NCBI GenBank assembly: GCA_002773855.1
Contig: PEZY01000002.1
Span: 1 to 49,382, forward strand
Direction: 5' to 3'
Source: Candidatus Buchananbacteria bacterium CG10_big_fil_rev_8_21_14_0_10_33_19
Lineage (GTDB): Bacteria; Patescibacteriota; Patescibacteriia; 2-01-FULL-39-33
DNA: 49,382 bases
Part shown: positions 8,271 to 17,434 of the stretch, one piece after another
Position numbering within the stretch: the stretch's first letter is position 1
How the letters are laid out: every line of letters begins with the position of its first letter
Notes under the pieces: model-generated
Databases searched by the model: none
What the model saw: only the letters and a program-made list of their open reading frames with translations
Told to the model about the DNA's origin: nothing
Program-made: the position numbers and the translations under genes

Positions 8271-9258
8271 GTTTGATTACAAATTGCCAGAAAACTTAAT
8301 CGGCCAAGAACTAATCAGACCGCGAGACCAGGCGCGGTTATTAATTTTAGATAAAATTAATGGTCAAATAAGCCATAAAAAATTCTATAATATTACTGAA
8401 TATTTAAATTCTGGAGATGTTTTAGTTTTAAACAACTCTAAAGTTATCCCGGCTAGATTAATTGGCAAAAAAGAAACTGGCGGTAGAATAGAAATTTTTC
8501 TCTTAAATAAATATGACTCAAAATACTGGCGAGTTTTAATCGGTGGTAAAATTGAAATTGGTATGTCTGTATATTTTTCCAAAAATGTCGTTGCTACAAT
8601 TATCAAAAAATATGATGAAAAATCATGGCTAGTCAAATTTAATACTAATGATAAAAACATACTATCACTTGGCGAAGTGCCACTGCCACCATACATTAAA
8701 AAAAAGTCAAAATTAGGTGATTATCAAACGGTTTATGCTAAATCTATTGGCTCAGTCGCGGCGCCAACAGCTGGATTACATTTTACAAAAAAACTAATTA
8801 ATCAATTAAAAAGGCGGGGTGTAAAAATAGAATATATCACTCTTCATGTTAGTATGGGCACATTTTTACCAGTGACCAGTAAATATATTCAAGATCATAA
8901 AATACACAGTGAATTTGCAACTATTAATAAAAAAACCGCCGAAGTTATTAATAAAACTAAAAAAAATAATAAAAAAATAATTGCTGTAGGCACTACTAGT
9001 GCCAGAACATTAGAATCTTTTTCTAACAAGAATAATCAAGTAGAGGCTGGTAGCAAATGGGTAGATATCTTTATTTATCCTGGCTATAAATTTAAAGTAG
9101 TTGATTCATTAATTACCAATTTTCACTTACCAAAATCAACACTACTAATGCTAGTATCCGCTTTATCTACTTATAAAAATATCAATCTAGCTTACAAAAC
9201 AGCCATCACCAAAAAATATAAATTCTTCAGTTTTGGTGATGCTATGTTTATAAAATAA
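8239..9258 (+). CDS. queA: S-adenosylmethionine:tRNA ribosyltransferase-isomerase
   Basis: FDYKLPENLIGQELIRPRDQARLLIL, AAPTAGLHFT, GTTSARTLES. Confidence 0.9.
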   Translation: MKKPKKTPLNKFDYKLPENLIGQELIRPRDQARLLILDKINGQISHKKFYNITEYLNSGDVLVLNNSKVIPARLIGKKETGGRIEIFLLNKYDSKYWRVLIGGKIEIGMSVYFSKNVVATIIKKYDEKSWLVKFNTNDKNILSLGEVPLPPYIKKKSKLGDYQTVYAKSIGSVAAPTAGLHFTKKLINQLKRRGVKIEYITLHVSMGTFLPVTSKYIQDHKIHSEFATINKKTAEVINKTKKNNKKIIAVGTTSARTLESFSNKNNQVEAGSKWVDIFIYPGYKFKVVDSLITNFHLPKSTLLMLVSALSTYKNINLAYKTAITKKYKFFSFGDAMFIK

Positions 9259-9345
9259 AAGCATCAACTAAAAAATATAAAATTTATATTAATTTATAAT
9301 TGATGTATAATATAAAAATACTAAATACCTAAATCGTAAAATAAA

Positions 9346-10239
9346 ATGAACTGGCTAATTATTACTGTATTTGCCTATTTTTTAAATGCAATTGCTGTGG
9401 TTATAGATAAATTTTTATTGTCTAAGAGAATTTCCAATCCAGCAGTCTATGCTATTTTTATCTCAACTTTGAGCTTGTTATCTTTAATATTGATTCCTTT
9501 TGGTTTTCATTTATATTCACCGGGCCAAATTCTTATCGCTCTAATGGCTGGGGTAATTTTTACTTTTGCTTTATTTTACATGTTTAAAGCTTTGGGCCAA
9601 AATGAAGCTTCCAGCATTACTCCATTTATGGGTGGGCTACAGCCAATTTTTGTTTTTATATTGGCTTTAATGTTTTTGAATGAAAAATTAACATTACAGC
9701 AAATAATTGCCTTCGGGGTAATTATTATGGGTACGGTCTTAATTTCCTGGCAAAAAAGTTCTAAGACTAACAAAAAATCCGCCTATCTTTTTGCTATTAT
9801 TTCTACCTTATTATTTGCGGCTTCTTATACGATTAATAAATATTCATTTGTTAATCAAGATTTCATCTCGGGTTTTGTTTGGACTAGAATAGGTGCTTTT
9901 TTAGGAGCTCTAATACTGCTATTGTCCGCCAAAAATAGATACGACATTAAATCAGAACTAAAACAACCAAAAAAACAAACAGGCAGTTTATTTATTGTTG
10001 GCCAAGTAGCTGGAGCCTTGAGCTTTATATTAATCAATTACACTATTTCTATTTCTAGTAGCGTAGCTTTAGTTAATTCTTTACAGGGATTGCAATACAT
10101 ATTTTTATTGATAATAGTATTTTCCTTATCTTGGAAATTTCCCAAACTACTAGAAGAGAAATTAACCTGGCCAGTGATAACCAAAAAAATTATAGCTACT
10201 ATTTTAATTATTGGTGGTTTATTTATTTTATTTATATAA
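9346..10239 (+). CDS. EamA/DMT-type multi-pass membrane protein
   Basis: About 10 predicted TM helices arranged as two repeats. 297 aa. Confidence 0.65.
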   Translation: MNWLIITVFAYFLNAIAVVIDKFLLSKRISNPAVYAIFISTLSLLSLILIPFGFHLYSPGQILIALMAGVIFTFALFYMFKALGQNEASSITPFMGGLQPIFVFILALMFLNEKLTLQQIIAFGVIIMGTVLISWQKSSKTNKKSAYLFAIISTLLFAASYTINKYSFVNQDFISGFVWTRIGAFLGALILLLSAKNRYDIKSELKQPKKQTGSLFIVGQVAGALSFILINYTISISSSVALVNSLQGLQYIFLLIIVFSLSWKFPKLLEEKLTWPVITKKIIATILIIGGLFILFI

Positions 10240-10243
10240 CAGA

Positions 10244-11245
10244 ATGAAAAAATCAAAAATTAAATTATCATTAGCAATAATCTTAATTCTATTTATTTTA
10301 TATTGTCTATCTTTTTTATTAAACTTTTCAAAAGACAATATTAAATGGGGTGTAACTTTTTCTGCTAAATATGCCCAGAGTGAATTAGGCTTAAACTGGC
10401 AAGAAACATATCTAGCGATATTAGATGATTTAAAGGTTAATAATATTAGATTATCAGCATACTGGGATGAGATAGAGGCAAATAGAGATGTTTATAATTT
10501 TGAATCATTGGACTGGCAAATAAAAGAAGCTGACAACCGCCACGTAAATATTATATTGGCTGTTGGTCGCAGATTACCAAGATGGCCAGAGTGTCATGAT
10601 CCTAGTTGGCTAATAAATTTATCACCAGAAGAAACCAGTCAAGAACAACTAGAACTAGTGGACTTAGTAGTTAAAAGATACAAAAATATACCTAGTATCA
10701 CTACTTGGCAAATTGAAAATGAGCCATATCTTGGCACTTTTGGGTTATGTCCAAAATTAGACGAAAAAACATTTAAACAGGAGATTGCCATAACCAGAGA
10801 AATAAGCCCAAAGCCAGTTTTAATTACTGACAGCGGTGAATTAAATTTTTGGATTATGGCTGCTAGAACCGGTGCTGATATTGTAGGCAGTACCTTATAT
10901 CGAGCTGTTTATAATGAAAAAATTGGTTATATTAAATATCATATTCCACCAGTTTTTTATTTTGCCAAAGCTAGTTTTATCAAAACAATATTTAAAACAA
11001 AAAGCGTCATTAATGCCGAATTACAGACTGAAGCTTGGCATACTGAAAAAAAAGATTTATCTCAAATGACAATAGAAGAATCCAGTAAATCAATGGATGT
11101 AAATCAATTTAAAAGTAATATTACTTTTGCTCAAAAAGCTGGCTTTGACGATATTTATCTGTGGGGAGTTGAGTGGTGGTATTTTTTAAAGGTAAAGCAT
11201 GGTAACAGTGATATCTGGGATGAAGCCAAAAAGATTTGGCAATAA
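10244..11245 (+). CDS. Secreted or anchored glycoside hydrolase, clan GH-A TIM barrel (GH5/GH42-like)
   Basis: Signal anchor MKKSKIKLSLAIILILF. YWDEIEANRDVYNF..LDWQI and the catalytic-type WQIENEP motif. ATG 10244 was chosen over the upstream TTG. Confidence 0.6.
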   Translation: MKKSKIKLSLAIILILFILYCLSFLLNFSKDNIKWGVTFSAKYAQSELGLNWQETYLAILDDLKVNNIRLSAYWDEIEANRDVYNFESLDWQIKEADNRHVNIILAVGRRLPRWPECHDPSWLINLSPEETSQEQLELVDLVVKRYKNIPSITTWQIENEPYLGTFGLCPKLDEKTFKQEIAITREISPKPVLITDSGELNFWIMAARTGADIVGSTLYRAVYNEKIGYIKYHIPPVFYFAKASFIKTIFKTKSVINAELQTEAWHTEKKDLSQMTIEESSKSMDVNQFKSNITFAQKAGFDDIYLWGVEWWYFLKVKHGNSDIWDEAKKIWQ

Positions 11246-11281
11246 CATAAAAATAAAAAATCCCGTTAGCCTTAACGGGAT

Positions 11282-11752
11282 TTATTGTTCATTTTCTTTT
11301 TGACGTCTATCTTTTTTAATTTCTTCTATCAGATTATCAATATTAATTGGTTCGGTGATTGGATCTTTTATTTCTTCAGCGGAATCACTGTCTTCAATAT
11401 CTTTATTTGATATTATTTGATCGATATTATCGCCAATTTTTTTTGAAAAATTAATTAGCACACTTTTTATACTTAATGTCACATCTTTACCAAAAACCAA
11501 GACTGAACCATAAATTACTGTCGCATCATTAAATTTTATAAAAAAAACATAATTACAAAAAAAATTATCTAGAGGGGTAACATTAATAAACACTTTCACA
11601 AAAGCTAATGGTAAGTTAACCATTTGATCTTTGAATGCTTGATTAATCTCCTCAATTTGAGATAGTTTTAATTTTTTAAAATCATAAATCTTAATAAGTA
11701 ATTCATTATTACTTCTGTCAATTAATTCTATTCGTTGACACGGAACAATCAT
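11282..11752 (-). CDS. Hypothetical protein with an acidic C-terminus
   Basis: The start was set at the internal ATG 11752, which is preceded by SD GAGGAG. No family was recognised. Confidence 0.5.
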   Translation of the reverse strand: MIVPCQRIELIDRSNNELLIKIYDFKKLKLSQIEEINQAFKDQMVNLPLAFVKVFINVTPLDNFFCNYVFFIKFNDATVIYGSVLVFGKDVTLSIKSVLINFSKKIGDNIDQIISNKDIEDSDSAEEIKDPITEPINIDNLIEEIKKDRRQKENEQ

Positions 11753-11873
11753 AGCTAGGTCTCCTCTGGGTTTAAATTTAAATGAACTAGTTTGTATAAT
11801 ATGATATTTTAAAGAAAAAGGCAATTGAAAATATAAACCATAAATGTTAGTCTTAAACTATTAAAATAAAATC

Positions 11874-13292
11874 ATGTCATTGATATCAAAAATTGCCAAA
11901 AACACATTATACCAAGCTTTTAGTAAGTTTTTTGGAGCTATTATTGGTTTATTAACCGTCGGTTTAATGACCAGATATTTGGGTCAAACTGGTTATGGTT
12001 ATTACACCACTATTATTGCTTTTTTACAATTTTTTGGTGTTTTAGCTGATTTTGGATTGCAGATGACTACTACTAAGATATTGTCAGAGCCAAATTCTGA
12101 CAACAGCCAGATATTCGGTAATATATTTACTCTGAGAATTATATCATCTATTTTTTTTCTTGGTTCTTCGGTTTTAATAGTTTGGTTAATACCATACCCG
12201 CTTCTAATTAAACAAGGAATAACTATTGCTAGTTTATCTTTCTTTTTTATCTCCTTACAGTCAATATTTATTAGCATATTCCAAAAAAATATAGCTATGG
12301 CTAAAGTCGCCTTAGCTGAAATTTTAACTCGTAGTATTGCCTTAGTTGGTATTTGGCTAGCTATTTATCAAAATCTAGGCTTGCTTTGGATAATTATTTC
12401 TATAGTTATTAGCAATATAGTTAGTTTTGGGATTTTATTCTTCTCTTCATTTAAATATTTTAGATTTAAACCAGAAATTAATTTAACTATCTGGAAAAAA
12501 ATCTGGTCTCTAGCTTGGCCACTGGCTTTAACAATTGCCTTAACCTTAATTTACTTCAGAGCAGATACCGTGATCCTATCCCTACTTAGACCACAAAATG
12601 AAGTCGGTATTTATGGTGCCACCTATAAAGTACTTGAAGTGCTAGTTCAATTTCCTTATTTATTTTTAGGCTTAATCTTACCACTGCTAAGTAACTTTTT
12701 TATCAGTAATAGAAAAATGTTTGGACTAGTAATTCAAAAAGGTTTTGATTTCTTAATTATTTTGGTAGCACCTATGGTATTTTCTATTTTCTTTCTAGGT
12801 GAAAAAATAATGGTTTTTATTGCTGGTCCGGAATTTATAATTTCTGGTGCGCTTCTTAAGATATTAATTTTTGCCGTCGCCTTGATTTATATTGGAGCTC
12901 TTTTTGGTTATGCTGTTGTCGCTGCTAACTTACAAAAAAAGATGATAAAATTCTATCTAATCGATGCGGTTATTTCGCTGATTTTGTATTTCATATTTAT
13001 TCCTATTTTTTCTTACTGGGCAGCAGCTTATATTACCATTTTAACTGAACTTATTATTACTGGTTCTTCTTATTATATTCTAAAAAAATATACCCACATT
13101 AAAATTAACAGCCAAATAATTTATAAAGCAATTTTAGCTAGCCTAATTATGTCTTTATTTATATTTATTTCCATTAATCAAGGTCTGGCTACTATTATAA
13201 TTATTGGTCTGTTAACTTATTTTTGGTCTCTTTATATGTTAAAAGGTTTTTCTAAAAACATGATCTTAGAAATAATTAATCCTCTTAAATAA
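11874..13292 (+). CDS. Wzx-like (MOP superfamily) polysaccharide/lipid-linked oligosaccharide flippase
   Basis: 472 aa with about 12-14 TM helices. The N-terminus (KNTLYQAFSKFFGAIIGLL) is typical of the family. Confidence 0.75.
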   Translation: MSLISKIAKNTLYQAFSKFFGAIIGLLTVGLMTRYLGQTGYGYYTTIIAFLQFFGVLADFGLQMTTTKILSEPNSDNSQIFGNIFTLRIISSIFFLGSSVLIVWLIPYPLLIKQGITIASLSFFFISLQSIFISIFQKNIAMAKVALAEILTRSIALVGIWLAIYQNLGLLWIIISIVISNIVSFGILFFSSFKYFRFKPEINLTIWKKIWSLAWPLALTIALTLIYFRADTVILSLLRPQNEVGIYGATYKVLEVLVQFPYLFLGLILPLLSNFFISNRKMFGLVIQKGFDFLIILVAPMVFSIFFLGEKIMVFIAGPEFIISGALLKILIFAVALIYIGALFGYAVVAANLQKKMIKFYLIDAVISLILYFIFIPIFSYWAAAYITILTELIITGSSYYILKKYTHIKINSQIIYKAILASLIMSLFIFISINQGLATIIIIGLLTYFWSLYMLKGFSKNMILEIINPLK

Positions 13293-13298
13293 CTAATC

Positions 13299-14585
13299 AT
13301 GACTCCTTTAATTATTATATTTTGTTTTTTATTTTATTTTTTAACATCTAAAAAACAAAAACTATCTATTTACTTGATAGCAGCCTTGCTACCAAGCTAT
13401 TTAATTAGATTTACTGTGTTTAATATCCCTTTCACGGTACTAGAAATAATGATTTTAATTAGTTTTTTGGTTTTTCTAATTAAATTTAAATTGTCTTGGT
13501 GGAAAAATTTTAAAACTAATACTTTTTTTGGGCCACTAATGGCTATATCAATTTTTTCCAGTATTTCTATATTCACTTCACCAAATTTTCTATCAGCCGC
13601 TGGTATCTGGAAAGCTTATTTTTTAGAGCCAATATTATTTTACATCATATTTATTAATATAATTAAAACCAAAAGCGATTTAAAAAATATTTTTTGGGCG
13701 CTTGGAATATCTGCTCTATACTTAAGTATAATTGCCTTTTGGCAATATTTTAGCGGTTGGAATGTTCCGCTCGCTTTTTTAAAAGCAGACGGCTCTGTTG
13801 ATCGAGTCGTATCTATTTTTGGCTATCCCAATGCTCTTGGTTTATACCTCAGCCCTATTATTATTTTATTTACTGGTTTTTTATGGTGGTCAAAAGATAA
13901 AAAATTATTTCAGGTTTTAAAAATTATCATAATCTTATTGAGCTTTATCACTATTATATTAGCCCAATCTGAGGCTGCTATTTTATCAGTTTTGGGAATT
14001 TGGTTTTTGTGGGGCTTAATTAATAAAAAAACTCGCTATTATTTTTTTGGTTTAATAACTATAGCTATTTTAAGTTTTATTTTCATACCCGCAATTCATA
14101 ATTATTTAATTGAAAAAATATTATTACAAGATTATTCTGGTTTTATTAGACGCCTAATCTGGAGTGAGAGCTGGCATATGTTAAAAGATAACTGGTTTTG
14201 GGGAGCTGGACTAGCTGGCTACCAAACCAAAATAGCAGCATACCATTTACCAACATTTGAAATATTTTTATATCCTCATAATTTCATTTTAAACTTTTGG
14301 AGTGAATTAGGTATTTTAGGCTTACTGTCTTTTATTTGGTTATTTATTAAGTTTATTGTTAATAATATAACTAGTTACTGGACAAATAACCATAATCTGC
14401 TAAATTTAACCATGTTAATGATTATCATTCAATTACTAATTCATGGCTTAGTAGACGCACCCTACTTAAAAAATGATTTATCGATACTGTTTTGGCTAAT
14501 CATTGGTATTTATACTATTAACAAAAATATTAACTACGATGGGATGGCTGAGTTGGTTGAAGGCCCCGCTCTCGCCCGGGGATAA
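13299..14585 (+). CDS. O-antigen ligase / Wzy_C-like membrane protein
   Basis: Multi-TM protein with a periplasmic-loop region (SEAAILS...RRLIWSESW..GAGLAGY). The last ~16 codons are read from the orphan tRNA-Ser half. Confidence 0.7.
   Translation: MTPLIIIFCFLFYFLTSKKQKLSIYLIAALLPSYLIRFTVFNIPFTVLEIMILISFLVFLIKFKLSWWKNFKTNTFFGPLMAISIFSSISIFTSPNFLSAAGIWKAYFLEPILFYIIFINIIKTKSDLKNIFWALGISALYLSIIAFWQYFSGWNVPLAFLKADGSVDRVVSIFGYPNALGLYLSPIIILFTGFLWWSKDKKLFQVLKIIIILLSFITIILAQSEAAILSVLGIWFLWGLINKKTRYYFFGLITIAILSFIFIPAIHNYLIEKILLQDYSGFIRRLIWSESWHMLKDNWFWGAGLAGYQTKIAAYHLPTFEIFLYPHNFILNFWSELGILGLLSFIWLFIKFIVNNITSYWTNNHNLLNLTMLMIIIQLLIHGLVDAPYLKNDLSILFWLIIGIYTINKNINYDGMAELVEGPALARG
14538..14574 (+). repeat. 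Orphan copy of the tRNA-Ser(CGA) 5' half (direct repeat, 37/37 identical to 14919-14955)
   Basis: GATGGGATGGCTGAGTTGGTTGAAGGCCCCGCTCTCG occurs twice. This copy has no matching 3' half. Confidence 0.9.
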
Positions 14586-14955
14586 ACCCCGGGCGTCGGG
14601 GGTTCATCCCCCGACGAAAAGACTTATGCAAAGACTTACATTATGTTTTATGTTTATATTCTACAACTTAAAAATAATCGTTTATACGTTGGCTTTACAT
14701 TGGATCTAAAAAGAAGATACAAACAACACCTCAGCCAGGGAGTAAAATCAACTGCTAGATTATTGCCTCTCAAATTAATACATTATGAATGCTATATCTT
14801 AGAAGAAGATGCTAGAAGACGAGAAAAGTTTTTAAAAACAAGTGATGGACGATTTTTTCTAAATAGACAAATATCAAGTTATTTAAAAAAGATAGGTAGA
14901 TACAAAAAAATATACAATGATGGGATGGCTGAGTTGGTTGAAGGCCCCGCTCTCG
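14575..14955 (+). mobile_element. Putative 381-bp GIY-YIG mini-cassette inserted in the tRNA-Ser anticodon loop
   Basis: Bounded by the 37-nt direct repeat. It starts with two GC-rich hairpins (14573-14595, 14595-14615), carries a GIY-YIG ORF, and ends with the tRNA 5'-half copy. Confidence 0.4.
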
Positions 14956-14966
14956 AAAAGCGGTAA
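14643..14966 (+). CDS. GIY-YIG nuclease family protein (YhbQ/UPF0213-like size)
   Basis: FYVYILQLKNNRLYVGFTLDLKRRYKQH...ARRREKFLK. The 3' end of the ORF runs into the tRNA-Ser gene. Confidence 0.75.
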   Translation: MFYVYILQLKNNRLYVGFTLDLKRRYKQHLSQGVKSTARLLPLKLIHYECYILEEDARRREKFLKTSDGRFFLNRQISSYLKKIGRYKKIYNDGMAELVEGPALEKR

Positions 14967-15009
14967 GGGTTTACGCCCTTCGAGAGTTCGAATCTCTCTC
15001 CCATCGCCA
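14919..15009 (+). tRNA. tRNA-Ser (CGA)
   Basis: Full class II cloverleaf: acceptor GATGGGA/TCCCATC, anticodon loop CTCGAAA, long variable arm, T-arm GAGAG-TTCGAAT-CTCTC, encoded CCA. Confidence 0.9.
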
Positions 15010-15012
15010 AAT

Positions 15013-15040
15013 AAAAAAACTGCTAATTAGCAGTTTTTTT
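15013..15040 (+). terminator. Intrinsic terminator after tRNA-Ser
   Basis: Palindrome ACTGCTAATTAGCAGT followed by T7. Confidence 0.6.
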
Positions 15041-15087
15041 ATTTTGTTATTTTGTAGTATAATATAGTCATATCAATAATCAACTGT

Positions 15088-16464
15088 ATGATTAAATTTA
15101 ATAAGAAATATTTCAATTTTTTGAACTTATTTTTAATTTTTGTATTTCTACTCACTGCTGGTTTTGGCTGTAAAAATCCAGGAGCTGACGTTCAAGAAAA
15201 ACTTAAACCAATCGAAATAAATTATTGGCGAGTGTTTGATAACCAAGATTCTTTTGAAAATATTATTACTCAATATAAATTGATTCATCCTAACATAAAT
15301 ATCATTTATCGTAAATTTAGAATAGAAGAATATGAACAAGCTCTACTTGAAGCCTTAGCTGAAGATCGTGGTCCAGATATATTTAGTATTAATGAAGCTG
15401 ACCTCAGAAAATACCAAACCAAACTAGAACCAATGCCAGTTGAAATTACTATGGCCTATCAATATACTAAAGGCACTATTAAAAAAGAAATTGTCTACGA
15501 ACTAAAAACTACCAAAAGCCTTTCTCTTCGAGAATTAAAAGCTAATTTTGCGGATACTGTTTATAATGATGTGGTTTTAGACGGTCAAATTTACGGTTTA
15601 CCTTTAAGCTTAGAAACTTTGGTTATGTTTTACAATAAAGACATACTAAACAAAGCTGGTATTGCTCAAGCACCAAAAAATTGGAAAGATTTTCAGGAAG
15701 CGGTACAGAAATCTACTAAATTTGATAGTACCGGTAAAATAATTCAATCAGGAACAGCTCTTGGCACTGGCGACAACATTGAAAGAAGTTTTGATATTAT
15801 ATCCATCCTTATGATGCAAAATGGAGCAATTATGACTGATAATAATAATTATGCTACTTTTTCTAATTCTACTGGTGATAAATATTTCCCTGGCATAGAA
15901 GCTATTAAATTTTATTTAGACTTTGCCTCACCAGTAAAAAGTGTTTATTCTTGGAATACTGATATGTCCAATTCATTTGAATCATTTTTAAGTGGTAAAA
16001 CTGCTTTTATGTTTGGCTATAATTACCATTTACCAAGCATTAGGTCTAGGGCACCGAAGTTAAATTTGGGCATTGCTCCAATTCCACAAATCAACCAAGA
16101 CAACCCAATTAACTATGCTAATTATTGGATTGAAGGGGTCTCTAAAAAATCAGAACACCAAAACGAAGCCTGGGATTTTGTTTTATTTGCTACCAACAAA
16201 GACAATATTAAGTCATACTTAGAAACCACCAAAAGGCCAACAGCCCTTAAAGAGTTACTTAGCTCACAAACTGATGATGAAGACCTTTACCCAACATCCA
16301 TTCAAACCCTAACTGCTACAAATTGGTACCAAGGCAAAAACCAAGCGGCTACCGAAGAAGCTCTTAAGAATATGATTGAAGCCCTACCAAATGCCTTATC
16401 TGATCGTGATTTTTCTGACATTATTAAAAACACTATAACCAAAATTAATCAAACAATCCAATGA
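15088..16464 (+). CDS. Extracellular solute-binding lipoprotein (ABC family-1 sugar-binding type)
   Basis: Lipobox LLTAGFGC. Body typical of carbohydrate-type binding proteins (YGLPLSLETLVMFYNKDIL, NWKDF). No permease or ATPase gene is present anywhere in the window. Confidence 0.8.
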   Translation: MIKFNKKYFNFLNLFLIFVFLLTAGFGCKNPGADVQEKLKPIEINYWRVFDNQDSFENIITQYKLIHPNINIIYRKFRIEEYEQALLEALAEDRGPDIFSINEADLRKYQTKLEPMPVEITMAYQYTKGTIKKEIVYELKTTKSLSLRELKANFADTVYNDVVLDGQIYGLPLSLETLVMFYNKDILNKAGIAQAPKNWKDFQEAVQKSTKFDSTGKIIQSGTALGTGDNIERSFDIISILMMQNGAIMTDNNNYATFSNSTGDKYFPGIEAIKFYLDFASPVKSVYSWNTDMSNSFESFLSGKTAFMFGYNYHLPSIRSRAPKLNLGIAPIPQINQDNPINYANYWIEGVSKKSEHQNEAWDFVLFATNKDNIKSYLETTKRPTALKELLSSQTDDEDLYPTSIQTLTATNWYQGKNQAATEEALKNMIEALPNALSDRDFSDIIKNTITKINQTIQ

Positions 16465-16895
16465 GATTTAAAAAAACCTTAAGTCTATTTTTAATTATAA
16501 TATCTTTATTTTTAGTAGTACCTAATGTTTCTGCTATTTCTCTAGTACCAGAAAGTTGTTATGCTCTTGATGATGAAGGAATTAGTCTAGGCTGTAGTTT
16601 ATGTGATTTTATAACATTATTTATTAATGCGGCTGATATTTTAGTTGGCTTAAGTGGTACATTTTCTATTTTAATGTTTGTTTATGGTGGCATAGTTATA
16701 ATTACTGCTTATGGCAATGATTCTAGAATAAAGTGGGGTAAAGACATTATAACTGCCACTGTGGTGGGTGTTTTTATTGTTTTATTTGCTTGGGTAATAA
16801 TTAATTTAGTTATTGGCGCTTTATTTGGTACTGGTAATTCAGTACTATCAAATTGGTATAATGTTAGTGGGGTCTGTAGTCAAAACAAGAATTAA
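16461..16895 (+). CDS. Divergent pilin-like small membrane protein (paralog 1)
   Basis: ATGA overlap with the stop codon of the binding-protein gene. Signal peptide, Cys-rich exposed segment, then a TM-loop-TM core (FVYGGIVIITAYGNDSRIKWGKDIITA). Confidence 0.6.
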   Translation: MRFKKTLSLFLIIISLFLVVPNVSAISLVPESCYALDDEGISLGCSLCDFITLFINAADILVGLSGTFSILMFVYGGIVIITAYGNDSRIKWGKDIITATVVGVFIVLFAWVIINLVIGALFGTGNSVLSNWYNVSGVCSQNKN

Positions 16896-17034
16896 AACAT
16901 AGACTTACATACCATTAAGAATATTATTTACCAAGAACTGTAACTATTTAGACAACTAGCTTAAACACCTATAAATTGTTATAATAATAATACATTTAAT
17001 TAATAAATATCCTAAAAAGAAAGGGGGTGAAAAA

Positions 17035-17415
17035 ATGAATAAATTAACACTAAAGAAGGTTTCTGTTGGCCTATTAACAGTAATGATGTTGTCAATTTTT
17101 GCTTTACCAGTATTAGTTTCAGCTCAAGAACTTAATTTGGGACTTGAAAACGCTGCTGGCATTGGTTTGGGACAGAAAGATTTGAAAGAAAGCATTAATT
17201 CTATTATTCAAATTATTTTAAGTTTCTTAGGAATTCTAGCTGTAATTATTATCCTGTGGGGTGGTTTCATTTGGATGACCGCTGCTGGTGATGAGGGTAA
17301 AGTTGATAAAGCTAAAAAACTTATTATTTCTGGTATTGTCGGTATAGTTATTATTTTATCAGCCTACATTATCGCTAACTTTGTTATTACTCAAGTTGGT
17401 GGACAATTAGTCTAA
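17035..17415 (+). CDS. T4SS-pilin-like (VirB2/TrbC-type hairpin) protein, paralog 2
   Basis: Strong SD AAAGGGGGTG. Signal peptide ending VSAQ. Core WGGFIWMTAAGDEGKVDKAKK between two TM helices. Confidence 0.7.
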   Translation: MNKLTLKKVSVGLLTVMMLSIFALPVLVSAQELNLGLENAAGIGLGQKDLKESINSIIQIILSFLGILAVIIILWGGFIWMTAAGDEGKVDKAKKLIISGIVGIVIILSAYIIANFVITQVGGQLV

Positions 17416-17434
17416 ATATTTAGTTATAGTATTA

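Noticed and set aside
14503-14709. 68-aa ORF spanning the orphan tRNA half and the GC hairpins
   Set aside because: The frame is read through tRNA-derived and hairpin sequence. It has no SD and overlaps both neighbouring, better-supported ORFs.
14575-14955. Group I intron within tRNA-Ser, with the GIY-YIG gene as an intron-encoded homing endonuclease
   Set aside because: An intron would be followed by the 3' exon only. Here a complete contiguous tRNA, including a second 5' half, follows. The base before the junction is G, not the U expected at a group I 5' splice site. I could not identify P3-P9 core pairings by eye. This remains testable with cmscan.
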